Below, piece after piece: positions 60,900 through 64,000 of a stretch of DNA of 64,000 bases. Source of the stretch: an uncultured Chloroflexia bacterium. GTDB taxonomy: Bacteria > Chloroflexota > Anaerolineae > Anaerolineales > UBA4823. A model generated the notes under the pieces. It was given only the letters and a program-made list of their open reading frames with translations. It did no database searches and had not been told where the DNA came from. The number at the start of each line of letters is the position of its first letter. Position 1 is the first letter of the stretch. The stretch is from contig CAVVAJ010000001.1 in NCBI GenBank assembly GCA_963746255.1, forward strand, positions 70,039-134,038, written 5' to 3'. A program made the position numbers and the translations under genes.

Positions 60900-61655
60900 A
60901 TGCCGGGAGTAGAAGGACGGGTGGCGTTGGTAACGGGTGCTGGACGTGGAATTGGGCGGGTGGCGGCTGATCTGCTGGCCTCACGCGGTGCTCGGGTGAT
61001 GGCCGTTGCGCGCAGCGAGAATGAATTGCAGACGCTGGGCCTGGACTACGTTGTGGCGGATCTGGGTACACATGACGGCTGTACACTTGCGGTGGAGGAA
61101 ACACAGGATCGCCTGGGGCCGGTTGCAGTCCTGGTGTGCAATCACGGTATTGGTTCGGCCCATGAGCGGGTGATCTGGGAGCAGGAGCCGGAGGTCTGGC
61201 GCGAAACAATGCGCATCAACCTAGATGGTCCTTATTACCTGTCACAGCTAGTTGTCAAAGACATGATTGAACAGGGTTATGGACGGCTTGTGTTCACGAG
61301 TTCGACAGCCGGACAGGTGGCGGAATACGCCGGCAGCGCTTACAACAGTTCAAAACACGGTCTTCTGGGCCTGATGCGCTCGGTTGCCCAGGATGCTGGG
61401 CCGCATGGCGTGACTTCCAACGCGGTGCTGCCCGGCTGGGTGCGAACACAAATGGCTGAGACTTCGGCCAAAGTCGAAGCCGAGCAGCGTTGTATCACCC
61501 CGGACGAGGTGTGGGCGGAAAGGGCTGCGCTTTACCCGGTGGGCCGGGTGGTGACACCCGAAGAAGTGGCCGAGGTGATCGCCTTCCTGGCATCCGAAGA
61601 ATCCAGTGGCGTCAACGGGGAGGCCATAACCGTAGCCCTTGGAAGCATATGGTGA
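60900..61655 (+). CDS. SDR-family oxidoreductase (FabG-like).
   Basis: VTGAGRGIG and YNSSKHG. RBS gggag. Confidence 0.85.
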   Translation: MPGVEGRVALVTGAGRGIGRVAADLLASRGARVMAVARSENELQTLGLDYVVADLGTHDGCTLAVEETQDRLGPVAVLVCNHGIGSAHERVIWEQEPEVWRETMRINLDGPYYLSQLVVKDMIEQGYGRLVFTSSTAGQVAEYAGSAYNSSKHGLLGLMRSVAQDAGPHGVTSNAVLPGWVRTQMAETSAKVEAEQRCITPDEVWAERAALYPVGRVVTPEEVAEVIAFLASEESSGVNGEAITVALGSIW

Positions 61656-61777
61656 AAATGAAATCGGCGGACGGGTGGATGGACCATGAAAAAAACCTTG
61701 GTTTTCTAGTCGGGGGATGCAGTTCGCGTAAGTTTTGGGTTTGTTTATTTGTTGCACACTTTTACAACCAAAATGCC

Positions 61778-61908
61778 GCCTAACATCGCGTGCACCCGAC
61801 AGGTGGGATTCGCCCCGCCAAAAAGAGTTGCTTCTGTACTTGAAGGTTTTCCGTCAAAGCAGTCCCTTTCCCGTCCCGCCCACCTGCGGGTAACGCAAAC
61901 CGTTAGGC
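61778..61908 (+). mobile_element. attC-like recombination site (131 nt), the best example.
   Basis: GCCTAAC...GTTAGGC. Arm GCGTGCACCCGACAGGTGGG pairs with CCCACCTGCGGGTAACGC, with a GC/A mismatch-bulge and an unpaired A on the 5' arm. Confidence 0.65.
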
Positions 61909-61983
61909 AACCAAGTGGTGTAGGTGAAATTCGTTTGAAAATGGCGCACAGTCAATAAGCACTAATCTGCTGAAGGAGATAAA

Positions 61984-62148
61984 ATGGGGCTGTCACTCAC
62001 ATCGGCGGTTATTGGTTTTGGGATGGTAATATTCGGTGTAATACTTCTAATCATTCGGAAGCAGCGAATATTTGCCATGTTGTTTCTGATCGTAGGCTTC
62101 GTGTTGATTGTAGTACCTTATAGTTTGATTTATTTCTTTCTGGATTGA
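61984..62148 (+). CDS. Small 2-TM membrane protein (54 aa, below the ORF-track cutoff).
   Basis: RBS aaggag 6 nt upstream. MGLSLTSAVIGFGMVIFGVILLIIRKQRIFAMLFLIVGFVLIVVPYSLIYFFLD*. Confidence 0.5.
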   Translation: MGLSLTSAVIGFGMVIFGVILLIIRKQRIFAMLFLIVGFVLIVVPYSLIYFFLD

Positions 62149-62432
62149 GTAGTAGTGCGAGCTGTAGGGAATGTTTCCCCTGGAAAATAGTCGGTTTGGG
62201 AGCTGTTTACAAGTTCAAAGATACGGGTATGGGATGTAACAGGATTGGTTTAAGGATCGAGACGATGCCTCAAAGAAATTGCATCGCGTGGCTTGAAGCA
62301 ATAGTTTGACTGATTCGTATGATACGAATGGACGAGAGCAGAGTCCTAGAGTAATCTTCACCTTTGTGCACAAGTTTGTCTTTCAGGGTTTATTCAATTT
62401 TGAAAGCGAAGGTTTTGGTCAGTGTAAAGGTT

Positions 62433-62475
62433 GCCTAACATAGCGTGCACCTGACGCTGGGGATTCTGCGGCGTT
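62433..62475 (+). mobile_element. 5' half of an attC-like site of the same family. The 3' arm is absent.
   Basis: GCCTAACATAGCGTGCACCTGACGCTGGGGATTC, then unrelated sequence. Confidence 0.45.
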
Positions 62476-62488
62476 TTTGGGCTTTTCT

Positions 62489-62725
62489 CTACGCCTTAGC
62501 CTTTTTCTGTTCGGACGGCTCTTCAACGCGCTTTTGGATGGCAATTGAAGGTTCTCCCAATCGATCTTCGCGCAGCTTGTCACAGTCCACACGCGGCACT
62601 TCGACATGGATATCGATACGGTCTAACAATGGTCCAGAGATGCGTTTTTGGTAGCGGGTGATGACCGTGTTTGAACAGGTGCACGGCTTTGCTGTGTCGC
62701 CGTAATAGCCGCAGGGACAGACGTG
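62489..62725 (-). pseudogene. Internal fragment of a ComM/YifB-family (Mg-chelatase-like) ATPase gene.
   Basis: CPCGYYGDTAKPCTCSNTVITRYQKRISGPLLDRIDIHVEVPRV...GEPS. Both the N- and C-terminal parts are missing. Confidence 0.7.
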
Positions 62726-62818
62726 TGGTTCATAACTATGGCAAATAGGCATTATGGAGAATGTCGACAAATGGCACAGGGTTTTGACATTTCACGTGAA
62801 GGATGAACTCAAAGCATA

Positions 62819-62846
62819 TTGATACATAAATTCAATGCAATAGAAT
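62819..62846 (+). promoter_or_regulatory. Sigma-70-like promoter candidate.
   Basis: TTGATA-16 nt-TAGAAT. Confidence 0.35.
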
Positions 62847-62926
62847 TTAGTTCGAGGCTATTATATGATCATGTAGTGGACAACAACCCGGTTACTTCTC
62901 TATCTCTCTTCCTTGAGTTGTAAATT

Positions 62927-62975
62927 AACACCTCCTGCTTCTATATTTTGAGAGGTGTTTTAATTTTTGTGTTTT
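62927..62975 (+). terminator. Rho-independent terminator candidate.
   Basis: Stem aacacctc / gaggtgtt followed by ttaatttttgtgttttg. Confidence 0.5.
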
Positions 62976-63281
62976 GTGTTTGGGTTCAAATATAAGTAAT
63001 AACAGATGATACTTGTAGTTAATCCAATGGGGGAGCCAATGGTGGGGTTAGCGGTGAATGTGGATGTCTTGCTTTTATGGAGAAACACTCGTATCACTTA
63101 ACTATCCTGCTAAAAGAAGGGCATTTTACTTGCGCAAGAAAGAAAATATCTATATACTGATATTGGAACCCAGTAACAAATAGTTCCCATTCTCTTGTCA
63201 CTTCGGAGAGTAATATCAGTCACTCATCGCCCTCCCGTCAAATTTTGGCAGGGCGTTTATTTTTGTAAATAGCAGTTGCTA

Positions 63282-64000
63282 ATGTCTGAACAAATACAAT
63301 CCGACCATAATTTTCCCGATCTGCCCGAAGGCACAGTCACTTTCCTATTCACGGACATCGAAGGTTCAACCTCACTACTCAAAAAACTGGGCGACCAGTA
63401 TGCTGCATTTCTGTCCGAGCAGCGCCGCATCCTTCGCAAAGCCTTCACTAACTGGCAAGGGCAAGAGGTCGATACCCAAGGTGATGCATTCTTTGTGGCT
63501 TTCCCGCGCGCCACGGGAGCTGTTTCCGCCGCGGTCGAGATTCAGCGCGCCCTGGCAGCACACCAGTGGGCTGAAGGTGTTTATGTACGCGTACGCATGG
63601 GTCTGCATACCGGCGAGCCTTTGAAAGCCGAAGAAGGCTATGTTGGCATGGACGTGCACCGGGCAGCACGCATCGCCCATATAGGTTATGGGGGGCAGGT
63701 GTTGCTCTCGGAGACCACCGCCCCGCTGGTTAAAGGTGAGTTGCCTGAGGGAGTTGACCTATTAGACCTAGGTCGCCACCGAATGAAAGACATGCCTTAT
63801 CCTGAACATATCAACCAGCTGGTTATTGAGGATTTACCCTCTGAGTTCCCACTCTTGAAATCCTTGGAAATGCTACCTCCTGCGATCTCACTAGAGGGAA
63901 AAGCGATCAAACTGCCGGCTTTCCTTGAAGAAGAAGTAGAAGAAGTACCCGCTCAAGTATTCGTCGGGCGGGAGCGAGACCTGGAACGAATGGATGTTTA
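63282..64000 (+). CDS. Class III adenylate/guanylate cyclase domain protein (partial, continues beyond the window).
   Basis: GTVTFLFTDIEGSTSLL...DTQGDAFFVAFP...VRMGLHTGEP...GMDVHRAARIAHIGYGGQVLLS. Open to the window end, so absent from the ORF track. Confidence 0.8.
   Translation, partial: MSEQIQSDHNFPDLPEGTVTFLFTDIEGSTSLLKKLGDQYAAFLSEQRRILRKAFTNWQGQEVDTQGDAFFVAFPRATGAVSAAVEIQRALAAHQWAEGVYVRVRMGLHTGEPLKAEEGYVGMDVHRAARIAHIGYGGQVLLSETTAPLVKGELPEGVDLLDLGRHRMKDMPYPEHINQLVIEDLPSEFPLLKSLEMLPPAISLEGKAIKLPAFLEEEVEEVPAQVFVGRERDLERMDV

Overview
This is a 64-kb bacterial chromosomal segment with strongly mosaic GC content. The protein families look Chloroflexota/Anaerolineae-like, but that is my own recognition and is not verified. 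I found no rRNA, no convincing tRNA and no CRISPR array.

Left third (1-16 kb), an accessory and decayed region:
- A tandem array of a short palindrome sits next to a winged-HTH gene.
- There are several secreted repeat proteins.
- A low-GC four-gene cluster has three products that look like DNA glycosylases (two UDG/MUG-fold, one HhH-like).
- A DUF559 endonuclease is embedded in GC-rich repeats.
- IS relics are present, along with a 1156-aa secreted metzincin-like protease.

Middle (16-51 kb):
- Many short same-strand genes: PadR, DinB, cupin, Hsp20, CPBP protease, NhaA, nitrilase.
- A translationally coupled operon (PlsY-like, PEP-utilising enzyme, ABC ATPase, FtsX permease) is divergent from a clear heliorhodopsin gene.
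- Three tandem membrane-anchored esterase paralogues, a broken amidohydrolase and a MalT/LuxR-type regulator follow.

Most notable signal: at 38.9-40 kb, 52-57 kb and 59.5-62.5 kb, single short genes are separated by roughly 100-130-nt imperfect hairpins. Their ends are RYYYAAC...GTTRRRY (often GCCTAAC...GTTAGGC) and they carry unpaired bases on one arm. This is integron attC-like cassette array organisation. No integron integrase lies inside the window, so the arrays are CALIN-like.

Caveat: many reading frames are interrupted by 1-nt indels, several of them in short homopolymers. Calls of 'pseudogene' versus sequencing error are therefore provisional.
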